IMG/VR virus record: IMGVR_UViG_3300005758_000147
Location: 1-28,780 of that record
Source: a virus
Taxonomy: Duplodnaviria > Caudoviricetes
Direction: 5' to 3' (one strand)
DNA: 28,780 nt
The translations under genes and the position numbers were made by a program. The notes under the pieces were generated by a model, which saw nothing but the letters and a program-made list of their open reading frames with translations, had not been told where the DNA came from and ran no database searches. Positions 26,829-28,780 of this stretch are shown piece by piece (the first letter of the stretch is position 1; the number at the start of each line of letters is the position of its first letter).

Positions 26829-27337
26829 TATAATCTTTGTTTAATAATATTTACTCTATCTGCTGGGATATTGTGGGTATTTACAATTACACTCACATTA
26901 TATCCAAAATTTCCTAGTCCTGGGTTTAATGGGTTTTGCTCATATGGGTAGTCAGGGTCTTTACCTGCAAAGTATTGAGTGTCAAATGATACATCTACTT
27001 CAAAATATGATTCTTGATATAATATTACATCTCCAATTTCTATAACTAGATTAGCATCTACTAAATCATCTTTTAAAAACGCAAATTTCATGTCCCAGTT
27101 AAAGTCAACCCCTAAATCACTTGTACCATCAGTTTTATCACCTACAGTGATTAAAGCATTCAACAATACAGGACCTTTAAACCATCTACCTTCAGATGCT
27201 TCACCATACATATTTACTTTAGTTTTATCTAAAGCATATTTGTAAATAGCACACTGTTGAGAGATAACATCATGTAACAGTTCTCTGTTAACTTTTCTTA
27301 TCATTGATACATCTCTTGCAGATCCAAATATTGCCAT
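26828..27337 (-). CDS. Neck/head-closure protein (T4 gp14-like)
   Basis: NMYGEA...F....L......EIGDVI.Y...YFEV pattern. Lies between the gp13-like and gp15-like genes. Confidence 0.7.
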   Translation of the reverse strand: MAIFGSARDVSMIRKVNRELLHDVISQQCAIYKYALDKTKVNMYGEASEGRWFKGPVLLNALITVGDKTDGTSDLGVDFNWDMKFAFLKDDLVDANLVIEIGDVILYQESYFEVDVSFDTQYFAGKDPDYPYEQNPLNPGLGNFGYNVSVIVNTHNIPADRVNIIKQRL

Positions 27338-28536
27338 TATCCTATGTAAATTGTCATTGGTACATTATTAATTTCTTGTTTTCTAAAATCACTTTCTTGA
27401 GCGCGTCTTTCAAGTAAAGATCGTTTAGAAGTCTCATCAAAATATGCTCTTAGTCTTTCAATTAAAGCTGTTTTCTCAGTTGTAGCTGCTGCTAATAAAT
27501 CTGATTGATTTAATGACATGTTTTGATCTGGGATAGGGACTGTTGAGTATTTTCCTCTAACATATCCTAACATTTCTTTACATAATGCTAAAGTATATTC
27601 AAATATCCATTGTCTCCCAATAGAATTTATTTGGTTATAAGTTGGATTACCATATGGTGCATTTGAAGGATTAGTAACTGTGTTGGTTTGTATTAAACCA
27701 TTTGTTATACGTTCTTCATTTTTGATATATTCAAACCATAAAAATCCATTTCTAGTGTCATTATCTGATGGGATGGGGAATATTTTAATTCTATTATTAA
27801 TGATTTCAAAAGTATAAGCTGATAAACGGATTGTATTGCTTAATTCTATACCTTGAACTACAGCAGCATCAAATGCTACTGGCATCATTAGATATCCGCC
27901 TCCATATCCACCACTGTAAATGCCTCCATAGATGCCCGCTGCTGGCACTCCTCCTAAGCCGCTAAATGCTCCTAGCCCATATGGGGCATACATTTGATTA
28001 ACAGCTGGTATTTCTTGATAGAATACTTTTTTAATTTCTATACTACCAGTAATATTATTACTCGCCGCCCACTGTGCTAAATCATATTCTTGTATACTAG
28101 CTGTTAAAGGTAAAGATCCACTATAATAAGTAATATTACCGCCTGCACCTGCTTCTGAAGCATATTGTTGTGAGAGGCGTACTATAGTCGCCATATTAGG
28201 TGTTATAAGCGCGTTATTTAAATTTGAGCTTGTAGGTGCGCCCTCTAGTGATAACATATTATCTCTCACTTGATAAGCGTAGAGTTCATTACCGTATGTA
28301 GTAATTGCTTCTTCAAATGCTGTCCAAAATTGAATATCTTGCAATTCAACCTCCATAATAGGATAACCTAAACGACGAGCTACAAAATTAGCTACTCTAT
28401 CAGCATCTGTTTTAAAAATAACATCATTGTCATAAAATCCAAAAGCTGTAGGACTAGATCCTGTAGGGGGAATATTATAATATGAAGCAGATGCTGCGGT
28501 AAAAGAGCTTGAGCCAGGCCAAATAGGTATATTCAT
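27337..28536 (-). CDS. Neck/head-tail adaptor protein (T4 gp13-like)
   Basis: RRLGYP..EVEL N-terminal motif, WI.EY.LAL.KEMLG.VRGKY..VPIP....LN, and C-terminal PM.IYIG. Confidence 0.8.
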   Translation of the reverse strand: MNIPIWPGSSSFTAASASYYNIPPTGSSPTAFGFYDNDVIFKTDADRVANFVARRLGYPIMEVELQDIQFWTAFEEAITTYGNELYAYQVRDNMLSLEGAPTSSNLNNALITPNMATIVRLSQQYASEAGAGGNITYYSGSLPLTASIQEYDLAQWAASNNITGSIEIKKVFYQEIPAVNQMYAPYGLGAFSGLGGVPAAGIYGGIYSGGYGGGYLMMPVAFDAAVVQGIELSNTIRLSAYTFEIINNRIKIFPIPSDNDTRNGFLWFEYIKNEERITNGLIQTNTVTNPSNAPYGNPTYNQINSIGRQWIFEYTLALCKEMLGYVRGKYSTVPIPDQNMSLNQSDLLAAATTEKTALIERLRAYFDETSKRSLLERRAQESDFRKQEINNVPMTIYIG

Positions 28537-28550
28537 GAGTATGTTTTACT

Positions 28551-28559
28551 TATAAATAT
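28551..28559 (-). promoter_or_regulatory. Putative late promoter ATATTTATA
   Basis: 14 nt upstream of the ATG at 28536. Confidence 0.65.
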
Positions 28560-28780
28560 TAGTCTCTATAGTCTGAGTAAAGTTTAAGTATAGGTTCTAC
28601 GATTTCGTGTCTATGGTTGGTTTTAAGAGTAATTACTTTAACTCCTTTAATTTCGCTCTCTAATCGAGTGAAAAATCCAATTCCAGAATCTTTCTTTTGT
28701 TTCAAATCGGTTTGAGTAATATCTCCACAGAATATCATTTTACCACCCTTACCTAAACGACCTAAAATCATTTCAGTTTG
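28559..28780 (-). CDS. phoH: PhoH-family ATPase, C-terminal part (gene starts beyond the right edge)
   Basis: M.L.RLG...KM...GD.TQ.DL....SG...RH..V..I is the PhoH C-terminal signature. Confidence 0.9.
   Translation of the reverse strand, partial: QTEMILGRLGKGGKMIFCGDITQTDLKQKKDSGIGFFTRLESEIKGVKVITLKTNHRHEIVEPILKLYSDYRD

Noticed and set aside
6450-28559. T4-type TATAAATA promoters driving plus-strand transcripts
   Set aside because: There are no plus-strand genes, and the spacing is tied to minus-strand start codons. Antisense activity cannot be fully excluded without RNA data.
601-28561. Stop-codon reassignment (no called gene ends in TAG)
   Set aside because: Genes are full length under the standard code and show no in-frame TAG/TGA interruptions. 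Rare TAG is unsurprising in AT-rich DNA.

Overview
An AT-rich segment of a tailed dsDNA phage with a contractile tail (myovirus morphotype, T4-like protein families). Every credible gene is on the minus strand. Reading in the direction of transcription (right to left): PhoH C-terminus, neck/tail-completion trio (gp13/14/15-like), two fibre/lectin-like proteins, tail sheath, tail tube with a terminator, an 11-unit repeat protein, a tail-assembly chaperone pair probably joined by a ribosomal frameshift, tape measure, baseplate proteins, a fibre cluster, then a replication/recombination block. That block holds a minimal, divergent family-A polymerase, a 147-aa unknown, an unannotated 46-aa acyl-carrier-protein-like peptide, SSB, RecA/UvsX and a 5'-3' exonuclease. 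Two promoter classes are visible: ATATTTAT(A) before structural genes and TTGGCY-N16-TATATT before replication genes. The lack of Shine-Dalgarno motifs and the A-rich start contexts suggest a Bacteroidota host (inference). No tRNA, rRNA, CRISPR array or transposase was seen. All family calls come from motif recognition by eye, not database searches.
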